Origin: Minisyncoccota bacterium
GTDB lineage: Bacteria; Patescibacteriota; Minisyncoccia; UBA6257; GWB1-50-10
Assembly (NCBI GenBank): GCA_041665265.1
Contig: JBAYJE010000003.1
Location: 1,424-65,423 of the forward strand
DNA: 64,000 bases
Reading direction: 5' to 3'
This document shows positions 36,789 through 47,875 of this stretch, piece by piece. The translations under genes were made by a program, and so were the position numbers. The notes beneath the pieces were generated by a model, which was not told where the DNA came from, ran no database searches, and saw only the letters and a list, made by a program, of their open reading frames with translations. The stretch's first letter is position 1, and the number at the start of each line of letters is the position of its first letter.

Positions 36789-37927
36789 ATATATTGATTG
36801 ACATACGACTTCTTAGTAAGGGTCGTGTCTCTGGTATTGAGGAGTATACCAAGTCCCTTATTGACGATCTTTTACACGAGGGGAGTAAAGAAACATTCCA
36901 TTTTTTCTATAATGGTTTTCATCATGCGCCTTTTCCAGCAATGTGGAAGGCAGCATCAAATGCGCGCCTTATTGAATGGAGTGTCCCCAATAAACTTCTT
37001 GATTTTACCACTCGATTTTTAAAATGGCCTCGCGTTGAACAAATTGCACATACTGACCTTGTATTCAGCCCTCATTTTAATCTCTTGCCTGCTACCGCAC
37101 ACACAAAAAGGGTCATTACTTTTCATGATCTCTCATTTCTCCATTTTCCAGAATTCTATCCGTTACGAAAAAGACTCTGGCATTGGCAACAAAATTATCG
37201 CGTACAGGCAACACACGCAGACGCACTTATTGCAGTTTCCGAATTCACACGACAAGATATCATTACCTCGCTTCGTGTTTCAGAAAAAAAGGTGCACACC
37301 ATCTATTCAGGTATTAATTCGTTTTTCTCCGAACTTCCAGAAAAAAGTCCAGAACGCGCACGCTTTGTAAAGGAAAAAAATCTCCACCAGCCATTTCTTT
37401 TATTTGTAGGAGTACTTGAACCAAGAAAAAACATATCAGGAATTATTCGCGCATTTAACGAAGTTAAAAAGATTTCCTATCATCGTGAATTACAGCTTAT
37501 TATTGTCGGAAGGAAGGGTTGGTTATGTGATACAATTTTTAGAGATGCAGCAGAGTCCCCATGGTCTCGTGATATTCGTTTTTGGGGAGAAGCATCTCTT
37601 GAAGATTTGAAGCTCCTCTATAATTTAACCTCGGCGTTCGTGTATCCATCTTTTTTTGAAGGATTTGGGTTTCCACCACTCGAAGCACAAGCATGCGGAG
37701 CACCAGTTATTACCTCAAATCGCTCCTCATTGCCAGAAATAGTGGGGGAAGGTGCACTTCTTGTTGATCCTTGGAAAATTGAGGAACTCATTACTGCGAT
37801 TGATTGTGTGGTGCGCGATACCTCTTTTGCAAATGATTTAAAAAAACGAGGACGAGTGAATGCGAAAAGATTTTCTTGGCAAAAAACTGCAAAACAAATT
37901 CTCGAACTTTTTCATTCACTTACCTAA
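36785..37927 (+). CDS. GT4 glycosyltransferase
   Basis: [27 protein letters not shown]. Confidence 0.92.
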   Translation: MNILIDIRLLSKGRVSGIEEYTKSLIDDLLHEGSKETFHFFYNGFHHAPFPAMWKAASNARLIEWSVPNKLLDFTTRFLKWPRVEQIAHTDLVFSPHFNLLPATAHTKRVITFHDLSFLHFPEFYPLRKRLWHWQQNYRVQATHADALIAVSEFTRQDIITSLRVSEKKVHTIYSGINSFFSELPEKSPERARFVKEKNLHQPFLLFVGVLEPRKNISGIIRAFNEVKKISYHRELQLIIVGRKGWLCDTIFRDAAESPWSRDIRFWGEASLEDLKLLYNLTSAFVYPSFFEGFGFPPLEAQACGAPVITSNRSSLPEIVGEGALLVDPWKIEELITAIDCVVRDTSFANDLKKRGRVNAKRFSWQKTAKQILELFHSLT

Positions 37928-37931
37928 CCGT

Positions 37932-40028
37932 ATGTCCCAACAAGTTCCTATAAAAAATATTGACCCGGTTTTAGTGGATATAAAAAATCCACGCATCAAT
38001 TATACGTGGTCATCTCACCACAAAGTGGTAGATTTACGCAAAACACCCATAGATGAGGGTGGCAAACGACGCACCATCGAATTCATTGCAAAAGTCTCTC
38101 TTTTTGCAGTACTTGGTGTAGTTTCGTTAGGAATTGTAGTCGAATCTTTTATTCTTTTTCAAACAAAAGATGTGGTAAAAAATGCAGGAGAAAAGATCGC
38201 ACAAAACTTCTCCATGTCAGTAGATGCATTTCAAAATTTAGAGCCCGATAAAGCAACCGCAGCATTAAGGCAAAATGGTACAGAAATTCGTGAACTCGAT
38301 GCAATTCTTGAAAACCGTCACACGTCTGGTTTTTTAAGTCTTATTGGGACAATTATTCCTACATTCCGTGAAGCAGGAACACTTGTAAAGCATGTGGCTT
38401 CGCTCAATATGAGTTTCTTAAAGCTTGCGGAAACGACTGATAAATTGAAACAGGATGGATTTACTGATTTTCAATCAAATGGGGATGCTCTTGTTGAAAA
38501 AATGACGAACGCACGAAACGCAATAAAAGTTATTCTTGCAGAAGCACAAGTAATTAAAAATGCGACCACCAATCTTCGAAGACTTTCCTCATTTTTTGAT
38601 AAGGTGGATAGCGTAATTGGAGAAAAATATCTTGCGCACAGTGCCGATCTTTACCGTGGAGATGCTGCAATCGAACATTTCTTGTCACTTGTGGATTCCG
38701 AAAAAGAAAAACATATTGCCCTTTTTTTTCAAAATCCTGCAGAAATAAGACCAGGCGGCGGATTTATTGGAAGCTATTCGGATATGACTATTCAAAATGG
38801 ACAGATGATGAACTTGGATGTGCGCGATATTTATGACCCTGATGGACAGTTCTTCGGCAAAGTCATTCCTCCTTATCAACTGCAAACGGTAAGTGAAAAA
38901 TGGGGTGCGCGTGATGCAAATTGGTTTTTTGACTTTCCCACTTCTGCAAAAACAGTACTCGGTTTTCTTGAGGAATCTCTCATGTATTCAGAAAAAGGCA
39001 TTACCTTTGATGGCGCGATTGCAATTAATATAGAAGTTATTAAAACGCTCCTTTCGGTAACTGGGCCAATTCCACTTCCTGAGTATAACCTTACTATTAC
39101 AAATGAGAATTTTCTTTTGGAAGTACAACGAGAGGTCGAAGCAGGAAAGGATAAGGCGGCAGGCCAGCCAAAAAAAATATTAAAAGTACTCACTCCAATG
39201 CTTCTAGAAAAATTGAAGGACCTTGATGCTGCAGGGAAAACCGACCTCATTAAAAAATTTACAAGCCACATTGGAAAGAAGGATATTATGTTCTATATGA
39301 AAGATGCTGAGTTAGCATCGTTCTTAAATGATGCGAAAGCAAATGGCGCAATATATACAATCCCACGCGATTTTTGGGGTTCGTATCTTGCGGTAGTGGA
39401 TGCAAATGTTGCAGGAGGAAAAACAGATGCATTTATGTCACAGTCGGTAAGCGCGGATATAAATGTAGACACGAGCGGCTCTCTCCTCACCGACATTACC
39501 GTGACGCGCACTCATAAAGGAGGGACACAAAAAGACCCATGGTGGAATACGGATAATAAAAATTTTATTCAATTATTGATGAATCCTGGTTCAAGCCTTG
39601 TAACGATGAAGGGGAATACAATAAAACTTATTAAACCCACATTCGACTACGAAGCAAATGAATATATAAAAAATCCAGACCTTGAAAGTATCGATTCGTC
39701 GCGTGTTGCACTTCCTGGATTTAATGCATGGACGATGAGCGAATTTGGGAAAACTGCATTTGCAACGTGGTTTACGGTACCCCCCGCAAAGACAGGGACC
39801 TTGACGCTACGGGTACATACCGACAATACTGCGGAGGCAACTCTTGAAGAGGGAAAGAAATATACCTTTGTATATGAGCGTCAATCGGGTGTCCCCACAA
39901 AGCTTTCCGTGTCCGTTTCAGCACCCGTCGGGTTTACCTGGGCCGAGTCAGGAACCCCGCTTTACACCTACACTAATGACGACATAGATGGACGCACCTT
40001 ATTTACTCTCGAATTAAAACGACAATGA
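37932..40028 (+). CDS. DUF4012-domain membrane-anchored protein
   Basis: FQNPAEIRPGGGFIGSY, RDANWFFDFPTSA, DANVAGGKTD. Confidence 0.85.
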   Translation: MSQQVPIKNIDPVLVDIKNPRINYTWSSHHKVVDLRKTPIDEGGKRRTIEFIAKVSLFAVLGVVSLGIVVESFILFQTKDVVKNAGEKIAQNFSMSVDAFQNLEPDKATAALRQNGTEIRELDAILENRHTSGFLSLIGTIIPTFREAGTLVKHVASLNMSFLKLAETTDKLKQDGFTDFQSNGDALVEKMTNARNAIKVILAEAQVIKNATTNLRRLSSFFDKVDSVIGEKYLAHSADLYRGDAAIEHFLSLVDSEKEKHIALFFQNPAEIRPGGGFIGSYSDMTIQNGQMMNLDVRDIYDPDGQFFGKVIPPYQLQTVSEKWGARDANWFFDFPTSAKTVLGFLEESLMYSEKGITFDGAIAINIEVIKTLLSVTGPIPLPEYNLTITNENFLLEVQREVEAGKDKAAGQPKKILKVLTPMLLEKLKDLDAAGKTDLIKKFTSHIGKKDIMFYMKDAELASFLNDAKANGAIYTIPRDFWGSYLAVVDANVAGGKTDAFMSQSVSADINVDTSGSLLTDITVTRTHKGGTQKDPWWNTDNKNFIQLLMNPGSSLVTMKGNTIKLIKPTFDYEANEYIKNPDLESIDSSRVALPGFNAWTMSEFGKTAFATWFTVPPAKTGTLTLRVHTDNTAEATLEEGKKYTFVYERQSGVPTKLSVSVSAPVGFTWAESGTPLYTYTNDDIDGRTLFTLELKRQ

Positions 40029-41845
40029 AACTCCATATTAGAAATTTCGTCATAATTGCACATGTAGATCACGGCAAGAGCACTCTTGCCGATCGTCTTT
40101 TGGAAGTCACGGGAACCATTGAAAAAAGGAAAATGAAAGAACAGTATCTCGATCAACTTGAACTTGAGCGGGAGCGTGGTATTACGATTAAAATGGCACC
40201 AGTGCGCATGCATTACACCATGAACGACATGGAGTATATTTTGAATCTTATTGATACACCGGGACACTCTGATTTTTCATATGAAGTTTCTCGCGCGCTT
40301 AATGCGGTGGAAGGCGCAGTGCTTCTTGTTGACGTGACTCAAGGAATCCAAGCACAAACACTCGCAAATTATCGACTCGCAAAAGCAGCTGGCCTCACTG
40401 TGCTTGGTGCATTGAATAAAGTTGATTTCTTTAAACTCGAATCAGGAGAAATTGATTTTGAAAATGACAGGTTGAAAAATCACAGGAGAGACCTCGCTGA
40501 ACTTATTGGGGTATCAGAGAATGAAATTTATTATGTGTCAGGAAAAAGTGGAGATGGCGTTGATGAACTTCTAAAAGGGATTGTCACCAAAGTACCTCCT
40601 CCTCAAGATGAGAAAATTGGAGTGGGTCGTGCATTGGTATTTGATTCTTTCTACGATGACCATAAAGGAATTATCGCGTCTGTTCGAATGTGGAATGGGG
40701 AGGTAAATGGAGAAAATGCGATTTATCTTGTGGCCACAAACACCCATTCAAAAATAAAAGAAATTGGCCACTTTATGCCTCAGTTAAAAGTACTTCCTAT
40801 TCCACAAACACTCTCCGCAGGTGAAATTGGGTACATTGCAACTGGCATTCGGGACCCCGAAAAGATTCGCATTGGAGACACAATACTTATTGGCAATTTT
40901 AAGAATTCAAGTGAGTTAGCATTGCCAGGATATAAAGAAGCAATGTCGGTAGTATTTGTATCATTTTATCCAGAGGAAAATGATGATTTCGAGATGCTCT
41001 CGAAAGGGTTACAAAAATTAAAACTGAATGATTGTGCACTTCATATAGAACCAGACCAAAACGAAGTATTAGGCCGTGGATATAAAGTGGGGTTTTTAGG
41101 AAGGCTCCATTTTGAAATTACGAGTGAACGTCTTTTGCGTGAATTTAATGTGGCAACGGTAAATACATTTCCTTCGGTGCTTTATAAGGTGAAGAAAGGG
41201 GAGGAGTGGCTCATGATTGTAAAACCAGAAGAGTTGCCACAAGATTATGACGAATTGTGGGAGCCAATCATTACTGTAGAAATTATTCTGCCAAATGAAT
41301 ATCTTTCGAGTGTACTCTCACTTCAAAAAAAGTTTCGTTTTTCTGATCTTCATACAGAAACTTTAGGTGATCGTATTCGTCTTATCACTCAAATGCCACT
41401 TGCAGAACTTGTAAGTGATTTCGATGACCAACTAAAGTCCGCCACAAAAGGAATGGCTTCATTCAGTTATGAGTTTGTAAAATATGCAAAAGCGGACATC
41501 GCCCGGGTTGATATTCTCATCTCTCATGAAAGTATTCCGGGTCTTAGTCGCTTTCTTCCAAGGGAATCACTTGAACGAGAAGCGCGTCAAATGGTGTCAC
41601 GCCTAAAAGACCTCCTACCACGCCAGCAGTGGAGTCAACCAATTCAAGCACAATCCGAAGGAAAGATTCTTTCTCGTGATGACATTGCCGCATTACGTAA
41701 GGATGTGACAGGGTATCTCTATGGAGGTGATCGTACACGAAAAATGAAACTCTGGAAGAAGCAAAAACGTGGAAAGAAGAATCTTTTAGAACGTGCAACA
41801 GTACAAATTGCACCTGAAGTATTTAAGGAACTCCTCAAGCGCTAA
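40025..41845 (+). CDS. lepA: Elongation factor 4
   Basis: IAHVDHGKSTLADR, ERGITIK, DTPGH.DF, GFLG.LH, YGGD.TRK.KL. Confidence 0.96.
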   Translation: MKLHIRNFVIIAHVDHGKSTLADRLLEVTGTIEKRKMKEQYLDQLELERERGITIKMAPVRMHYTMNDMEYILNLIDTPGHSDFSYEVSRALNAVEGAVLLVDVTQGIQAQTLANYRLAKAAGLTVLGALNKVDFFKLESGEIDFENDRLKNHRRDLAELIGVSENEIYYVSGKSGDGVDELLKGIVTKVPPPQDEKIGVGRALVFDSFYDDHKGIIASVRMWNGEVNGENAIYLVATNTHSKIKEIGHFMPQLKVLPIPQTLSAGEIGYIATGIRDPEKIRIGDTILIGNFKNSSELALPGYKEAMSVVFVSFYPEENDDFEMLSKGLQKLKLNDCALHIEPDQNEVLGRGYKVGFLGRLHFEITSERLLREFNVATVNTFPSVLYKVKKGEEWLMIVKPEELPQDYDELWEPIITVEIILPNEYLSSVLSLQKKFRFSDLHTETLGDRIRLITQMPLAELVSDFDDQLKSATKGMASFSYEFVKYAKADIARVDILISHESIPGLSRFLPRESLEREARQMVSRLKDLLPRQQWSQPIQAQSEGKILSRDDIAALRKDVTGYLYGGDRTRKMKLWKKQKRGKKNLLERATVQIAPEVFKELLKR

Positions 41846-41885
41846 AAGTGCATCTATAATACCTACTTTTGTATACTATATAAGT

Positions 41886-42128
41886 ATGGGATTCTTACCG
41901 AAATCGTTTCGACCTCACGTTGCAATGCTTATGACTGCATTGATATTTTTGCTTATTCAATTTATTAGCGAACTCCTGATGGTGTATGCGATTACAGAAC
42001 GATTCCCTGATGCAGGTACTTTTCTTTATGCATCAAAACAACTTGTTATTTTCTTCCACATTATTGTGACTATAGCACTTGTCTCGTATGCGAGAACAAT
42101 AAGCAAACGTTTCTATAAAGAATCATAA
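41886..42128 (+). CDS. Small membrane protein
   Basis: Two hydrophobic helices; TATACT just upstream. Confidence 0.6.
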   Translation: MGFLPKSFRPHVAMLMTALIFLLIQFISELLMVYAITERFPDAGTFLYASKQLVIFFHIIVTIALVSYARTISKRFYKES

Positions 42129-42129
42129 T

Positions 42130-42423
42130 ATGAGATTCATAAAACCAATTATTATTCTTATAATAGTTATTATTCTCGGCTATGGAATATATAGTCTTGT
42201 GCGCGAGAGAAATGCTATTGAAAAGGAGATGCAACAACTTGCAGACACCGCACAAAAATTGAATGTGGAAAATGCAGAATACCAGGCAAAAATTTCGCAA
42301 TATAAAAGGCCTGAAAATCTTCTTAAACTTTCTCGTGAGCAATTCAACTACAGGAGAGAGGGAGAAAAGATGATTATTGTAGTACCTGGAAATGCAAGTA
42401 CATCTTCGAGTACCGCGAGATAA
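42130..42423 (+). CDS. Septum formation initiator (FtsB/DivIC-like)
   Basis: TM helix, coiled coil, REQFNY.REGE. Confidence 0.75.
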   Translation: MRFIKPIIILIIVIILGYGIYSLVRERNAIEKEMQQLADTAQKLNVENAEYQAKISQYKRPENLLKLSREQFNYRREGEKMIIVVPGNASTSSSTAR

Positions 42424-42449
42424 ACTCATTATAAGTAAACTCACATCCC

Positions 42450-42620
42450 ATGAGTCATAGATTATTTAAAAAATTAGACGAGGAATTAGATACCATTCTT
42501 GATGATTTTAATAAAAACTTTCATATTCCACCGATTCTTTTGATGGCATTAAAATTGAAACATTCGAACAAAATTCAAGAAATTATTAAAAAATACAGCA
42601 GAAAAAATGACGAAGAGTAA
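42450..42620 (+). CDS. 56-aa hypothetical protein
   Basis: MSHRLFKKLDEELDTILDDF...; fills the gap, below the ORF-track cutoff. Confidence 0.45.
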   Translation: MSHRLFKKLDEELDTILDDFNKNFHIPPILLMALKLKHSNKIQEIIKKYSRKNDEE

Positions 42621-42673
42621 GGAATAAAACCTCTCTATACAATAACTGTATTTCCAGGATATAGTGAAGGAAG

Positions 42674-42744
42674 GTGGGATTGGTTCAGTGGTAGAATGCG
42701 ACCTTCCCAAGGTTGAGACACGGGTTCGATTCCCGTATCCCGCA
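42674..42744 (+). tRNA. tRNA-Gly(CCC)
   Basis: GTGGGAT/ATCCCGC acceptor, anticodon loop TTCCCAA, T-loop TTCGATT. Confidence 0.92.
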
Positions 42745-42889
42745 CTAGAAAAACTCCCATTTATGGGGGTTTTGTTTAAAGAAATACATATTAATAGGTG
42801 AGTAAAATGCTATACTAAAAGGGATAAAGCGAATGCATTGACATTTTGCTGTTTCGGTAGTATAATATAAACCAATAAATACAATACTT

Positions 42890-43204
42890 ATGAACCAAAC
42901 ACGTATTGAAGAGCTCATGAAAGTAGACTTGTTTGAAGCCTTGAATATAGATGGTTTTTCAGTCGAGAAAAAACTTGAGGTGATGGATGAGATTGCACAA
43001 GTTGCAATGAAAGGAATCTGGTTGAAGATTCTTGAAAATCTCTCTGAAGAAGAGCAAGAACAATTAAATCTGCTTCTTGATAAAGGACCAAGTTCAGAAG
43101 AACTTACCACGTTTCTCAAAACGTCGATTCCGAATCTCGAAAATCTTATCAAGGGAGAAATTGCTTCATATAAAGCGATGCTTCTTCCTCCAGAAATTAA
43201 CTAG
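42890..43204 (+). CDS. DUF5663-like acidic helical protein
   Basis: LFEALNI...LSEEEQEQL...FLKTSIPNL; promoter TTGACA(42838)-TATAAT. Confidence 0.7.
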   Translation: MNQTRIEELMKVDLFEALNIDGFSVEKKLEVMDEIAQVAMKGIWLKILENLSEEEQEQLNLLLDKGPSSEELTTFLKTSIPNLENLIKGEIASYKAMLLPPEIN

Positions 43205-43220
43205 TTAATTATTTTTACAT

Positions 43221-46200
43221 ATGAACATGGAAATACCTCCAAAAAGCACTACAACACCGGTCAAAGAAGCAGAAAAGACTCAAGAGATTATCTCACCTGA
43301 GAAACTTAAAGTTGCCGAGGTACTTCTTGGTGATAAGAATTTTAATATTGAGGATCTTTACGAGAAGTCAAAAGAAGGTAAGGGGTCAGTATTGAATCAG
43401 GATAGGGCTCGAGAAAAAATGAAGGAAGTAGAAGCATTCTCTCCAGAGGCGCGTAAATGTGCGGAGGATGTGGTTTCGGCGCGCGAGGAAAGTGCGCGGG
43501 TTTTGGAACAAGCGTACGAGATTAAAAAGAGAGATCCCAATTCGAAAAAACTAAAAATTTCAGATATTATTAGTCTTTTTCCGGATGAGCAAAAAAATAC
43601 AAAAGAAAAACACGAAAATGCGGTTATCGCTCTCAAGAAAACTATTCTTCAAGATGAGATTATTACCTTGCGACAAAAGCATGGTCAAAATCCTGAATCC
43701 GATAAACTTATAAGAGAAGGTATCAAAAACGGAACAACACTCGAATCAATTCGAAATATTTCGGTTATGGAACTTGCGCGCATGAACGATGCGCGAGAAG
43801 GGGTTAACAAAGGGAATTCAAAACTTTGGGAAAATATTAAAAAACCTTTTGCAGCTTTTGCAAAAATAGAACCACGAGCCTTACGTTCAGTGGTGGGTTC
43901 AAGTATTTTTACCGCCGGACTCATTGGAGGAAGTGTTGCATTTAGTATTCCAATTGCAGCTGCGGCAGCAGGATACGGAACCTATGCCGGTTATCGCGTA
44001 GTCCGCGCACTTGTAGGGGGCACTATTTCAGCTTTTGTACAAAAGCATGTTACTAACAAAATCGTAGAAAGCGCATACAAAGTAGACACAAAAAAAGCAT
44101 TTGAAGATATCAAGAAAAGCACAAAACAGAGCGTTGTTGAGCAAGGTATTTCAGATGAACTTTCAGAGATAGTTGATTTAGAAAGTTTAGCTTCTCAAAA
44201 TTTTAGTACCGACAAAGAACTCGCTGAAGAATATTCAAAGAAAATGAAGAAGGCTCGTCGTCTTCACACCGCAAATGCGATTGGTTCGGGTGTTATCACT
44301 GGAGCTGCAGGTGGTATGATTGGCGCAAAAGGACTCGACTTCAGTATAGGAAAATTCGATGAGTTTACTGGAGGAGGTTCTACACCCGAACAAATTCCCG
44401 GCGTTATACCAAAAGGTGAACCAGAATGGGAATCTACTACCGCACAAAAAGGTGATTCGGTTTGGAGTGTTGTTGAACACGATTTAGAAAAAAACGTTCC
44501 TGGATTCAAGGATATGACGGAAGCGGAAAGAACATATGTAATCGATCACTACAAAGATTATGTAGAAGCGGATCCTGAAAAATTTGGTCTTACTAACCCC
44601 GATCAGATTAAAATTGGATGGGGTAAGGAAGTTGACAGTCTTTTTAATAACAAGCAGGAGCTTGCAGAAATCATTGGTACGGCAAAGGGATTAAAACCTG
44701 AAGAAGTTCAGAATATTTTGCGCACCAACGAATGGAATAGATTGCATCCTGATGGCATAAGTCACGAAGAAGTAGTTCCACAGGGAGCACAAACACCGGA
44801 AGAATTACGACCTGCATTTTCACCAGAAGATCAGCGTATATACAGCCAGGCGATGCAAAATTATCGTGGAGGTACTTTTGAACAAGGTTCTGCTGCATGG
44901 AATTCGGCTCACGCACAAGGTGAACAATCACTTCTTGCATTAGCGCATGATCATCCAAGAGTAATGCAAAATCCCGCATACCAAGATTTCAAATACACGG
45001 TAAGAAATATCTTCGGAGAACACCTTCAGAAAGAACTTGGTGAGGGTGGTATGCTCAAGATGTTTCAAAGTGCTGACCATGATGACTTGGTTCGAGAAAC
45101 ATCAGGTATTGCAGAAACATTTGGATTAAAACCACAAGAAGCGCAAATATACACCGCGTTTCTTGGTCAAGGCCACGAGCTTGATGAAAATACATTTAAA
45201 CCATTTGTAAATCCAGAAACAGGTGAGGTTTCTATGAAAGAGTTTGCCCGCTCCATCGGTCAATTTGGTGCAATTGCTGAAAACAATCACGATCTTCCTG
45301 ATATTCCTGTGGGAAAAACAGTATCGGCGTGGGAGCCACGAATCATTCGTGTGGGTGATAATAATTATCTCGGCCTTGTCCGTAATGCGGGTGAGGGAAA
45401 ATTTGAGTATTCAATTGAGCCAGGTGATGTAAGTGGTGCAAGTAAAACGGGCATGGAACTAATGCTTGAACAAGGAGCGAAGTCCACTCCAATTAATGCT
45501 GAAGCGCCAATAGAAAATGTTCGTGCAATACCTCCCTCATCAATAAGAGGACTCGCTGATACAGTTCAGAAAATTGGTCCGTCAACTGAATCTAGTATTC
45601 CAAAAACAGACTTGAATGAACCAATGAAAGGAGTGGTAGTTCCAGAAAATATTCAACACGAACTTGCTGCTTCACAGGAAGAACTTTATAAAACGATTGG
45701 ACTTCAAGCGAGTATTGAATCAGGGGATATTGAGCGAATTCATAATTCCCTCGTAAATATCGGAAAGGTATATGGATTAAGTCCTCAAGAAACTTCTGTA
45801 TTTGAGCAATATACCGCAGGAGGAAAGCCACTCACTACAGAAACAATGCGAGGGTTTGTTGATCAGGAAACAAGAACTCCAGCTTTTGCAAAAGTTGCGG
45901 AAGCCATGAACGAGTTTAAAGAAGTGGCAAAGAGAACAGAACTTCCACAAAATCTCCCTGGTGAAGCCGTTTCTGATTGGGAACCAAGAATGATAAAGAC
46001 GGGTGTAAGCGGAACAGGAAGACTTGGACTTGTACATAAGATGGGTCCGAATTTATACGAAGTAAAAGTAGGAAATGCCGAAATGACTTCGTTATCACGC
46101 ACTGATATGCAAGAGCTTATCGTTGGGGCAAAAGTAGACAATGTTAATGAAATGGGCCCCGTTGCAGTAGAAACTTCAGTAGTGCGCGAAGCAACTGACG

Positions 46201-46967
46201 AAATAAACAAACAGCCGATTAATATCAATTCATTAAATGAAGGTCCTTCAGTTGAAGCAGAACGATTTAGGACAGGAGAACAACTTAAAGAGGAAATCAG
46301 TGAGCGATTAGCAAAAAAACCGATCGGAAGAACTGAAGCGTTCAAGGTACCTAAGATGAATTTGAATGAACCAATGAAAGGAGTGGTAGTTCCAGAAAAT
46401 ATTCAACACGAACTTGCTGCTTCACAGGAAGAACTTTATAAAACGATTGGACTCAGGGAGGAATCGGGGAGTATTGAGCAGATACATGATTCATTTGTGC
46501 GTATTGGAAATGTGTACGGATTAAGCACAAAGGAAATTGCTGTATTTGAGCAATATGCATTTAATAACGAAACGCTTATTAATCCAGAAACCGGAGCTCC
46601 AAGCTTTGCAAAAGTTGCGGAAGCCATGAACGAGTTTAAAGAAGTGGCAAAGAGAACAGAACTTCCAAAGAATATTTCTGGAGAAACCTATTCCAATTGG
46701 GAACCTAGAAAATTAGGAATAAGGTTTGGTACCGAAAGAATAGAGGAGCTCGGGCTCGTACGTAAGACGGGACCCGCAACATACGATATGAGAATAGGCA
46801 ATAGAGCACTCACTTCGATAACTGAGGGACAAGTGCGACAAGCTATTGATGCGGGACATTGGGATGACGTCATTCCAGTAAAACCTACCGCTCCGATGCC
46901 TCCTGGAAGTGAACAAATTGGGCAATCCGATAGAATTATAAAAGGCCGTTCTCCTGAAAATATCTAA
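43221..46967 (+). CDS. 1248-aa membrane protein with LysM-like motif and three C-terminal repeats
   Basis: Gly/Ala-rich hydrophobic helices, AQKGDSVWSV...NPDQIKIG, three copies of WEPR...LGLV. Confidence 0.8.
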   Translation: MNMEIPPKSTTTPVKEAEKTQEIISPEKLKVAEVLLGDKNFNIEDLYEKSKEGKGSVLNQDRAREKMKEVEAFSPEARKCAEDVVSAREESARVLEQAYEIKKRDPNSKKLKISDIISLFPDEQKNTKEKHENAVIALKKTILQDEIITLRQKHGQNPESDKLIREGIKNGTTLESIRNISVMELARMNDAREGVNKGNSKLWENIKKPFAAFAKIEPRALRSVVGSSIFTAGLIGGSVAFSIPIAAAAAGYGTYAGYRVVRALVGGTISAFVQKHVTNKIVESAYKVDTKKAFEDIKKSTKQSVVEQGISDELSEIVDLESLASQNFSTDKELAEEYSKKMKKARRLHTANAIGSGVITGAAGGMIGAKGLDFSIGKFDEFTGGGSTPEQIPGVIPKGEPEWESTTAQKGDSVWSVVEHDLEKNVPGFKDMTEAERTYVIDHYKDYVEADPEKFGLTNPDQIKIGWGKEVDSLFNNKQELAEIIGTAKGLKPEEVQNILRTNEWNRLHPDGISHEEVVPQGAQTPEELRPAFSPEDQRIYSQAMQNYRGGTFEQGSAAWNSAHAQGEQSLLALAHDHPRVMQNPAYQDFKYTVRNIFGEHLQKELGEGGMLKMFQSADHDDLVRETSGIAETFGLKPQEAQIYTAFLGQGHELDENTFKPFVNPETGEVSMKEFARSIGQFGAIAENNHDLPDIPVGKTVSAWEPRIIRVGDNNYLGLVRNAGEGKFEYSIEPGDVSGASKTGMELMLEQGAKSTPINAEAPIENVRAIPPSSIRGLADTVQKIGPSTESSIPKTDLNEPMKGVVVPENIQHELAASQEELYKTIGLQASIESGDIERIHNSLVNIGKVYGLSPQETSVFEQYTAGGKPLTTETMRGFVDQETRTPAFAKVAEAMNEFKEVAKRTELPQNLPGEAVSDWEPRMIKTGVSGTGRLGLVHKMGPNLYEVKVGNAEMTSLSRTDMQELIVGAKVDNVNEMGPVAVETSVVREATDEINKQPININSLNEGPSVEAERFRTGEQLKEEISERLAKKPIGRTEAFKVPKMNLNEPMKGVVVPENIQHELAASQEELYKTIGLREESGSIEQIHDSFVRIGNVYGLSTKEIAVFEQYAFNNETLINPETGAPSFAKVAEAMNEFKEVAKRTELPKNISGETYSNWEPRKLGIRFGTERIEELGLVRKTGPATYDMRIGNRALTSITEGQVRQAIDAGHWDDVIPVKPTAPMPPGSEQIGQSDRIIKGRSPENI
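45612..46667 (+). repeat. Intragenic identical blocks
   Basis: 92 bp 45612-45703 = 46362-46453; 63 bp 45885-45947 = 46605-46667. Confidence 0.85.
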
Positions 46968-47067
46968 GTGAATTCAAAAAGAGCCTGGGATAGGCTCTTT
47001 TTGTTGACACAGCACTATTTTTCTGGCATAAAGAGAACAGTCACTTTTAAATAATCTGGAGAAACCA

Positions 47068-47793
47068 ATGCGTATTATCGATCGCTTAAGCATCTGGCTC
47101 ACAAACATCTATCGTTTTATTAATAGTGTGTTTCGTGAATCCATCAAACCATTCGTTCCTGCGGTAAAAGCGTGGATACAACGTCATAAAGAGCGTCGCG
47201 AAGATAAGAGAGAAGATCGCATTTTTCGAATTTTAAATTTTAGAATTATGGGTGAAGAAGTGGTCACTGTACCAAATGTACTTTCAGCACTTCGTCCAAT
47301 TCTTGCTCTTCTTCTTCTTCCAATGCGATATTATGGTGTTCCACTCACAATTACCGCACCCATATTTGCCATAGCATTACTTACTGACAAATATGATGGG
47401 GTATGGGCAGAACAAGATGGACATACAAACTTCGGAGAATTTTTAGATCCGATTTGTGATAAAATAGCACTTTTTATTTTTGTGCTTCCTGATCTTGCAT
47501 ATCTGAACTCTTGGATTATATGGCCACTTTTTGTAATAGAGCTTGTTCTCTTTACGGTTTCCATAGGAGCTATGATTTCCATACATCTCGGAGGGCTTAA
47601 AAAAAGTACCAATTTAAGTTCGAACATTTTTGGTAAAACAAAATTTACCATGGAATGTGTGGCACTTTGTGCGCTTGCAATCGGATTCATTGATTTCGCA
47701 GGATGGTTCTTTGCAATTGCAATTCCTTTTGCGCTTCTTAGTATTCTGGGAAAAGCAAAAGAACTCATGCGTGCTCATTATCACGCTGCATAA
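47068..47793 (+). CDS. CDP-alcohol phosphatidyltransferase (PgsA-like)
   Basis: PNVLSALR, DKYDGVWAE...GEFLDPICDK, GKTKF. Confidence 0.85.
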   Translation: MRIIDRLSIWLTNIYRFINSVFRESIKPFVPAVKAWIQRHKERREDKREDRIFRILNFRIMGEEVVTVPNVLSALRPILALLLLPMRYYGVPLTITAPIFAIALLTDKYDGVWAEQDGHTNFGEFLDPICDKIALFIFVLPDLAYLNSWIIWPLFVIELVLFTVSIGAMISIHLGGLKKSTNLSSNIFGKTKFTMECVALCALAIGFIDFAGWFFAIAIPFALLSILGKAKELMRAHYHAA

Positions 47794-47875
47794 TAAATAC
47801 TCCCTGTTTTGCCACTGGCAAGATGGGGATTTTTTTACCCTTTAAAAATAGCTGGGAATCTTGCATACTATGGAT

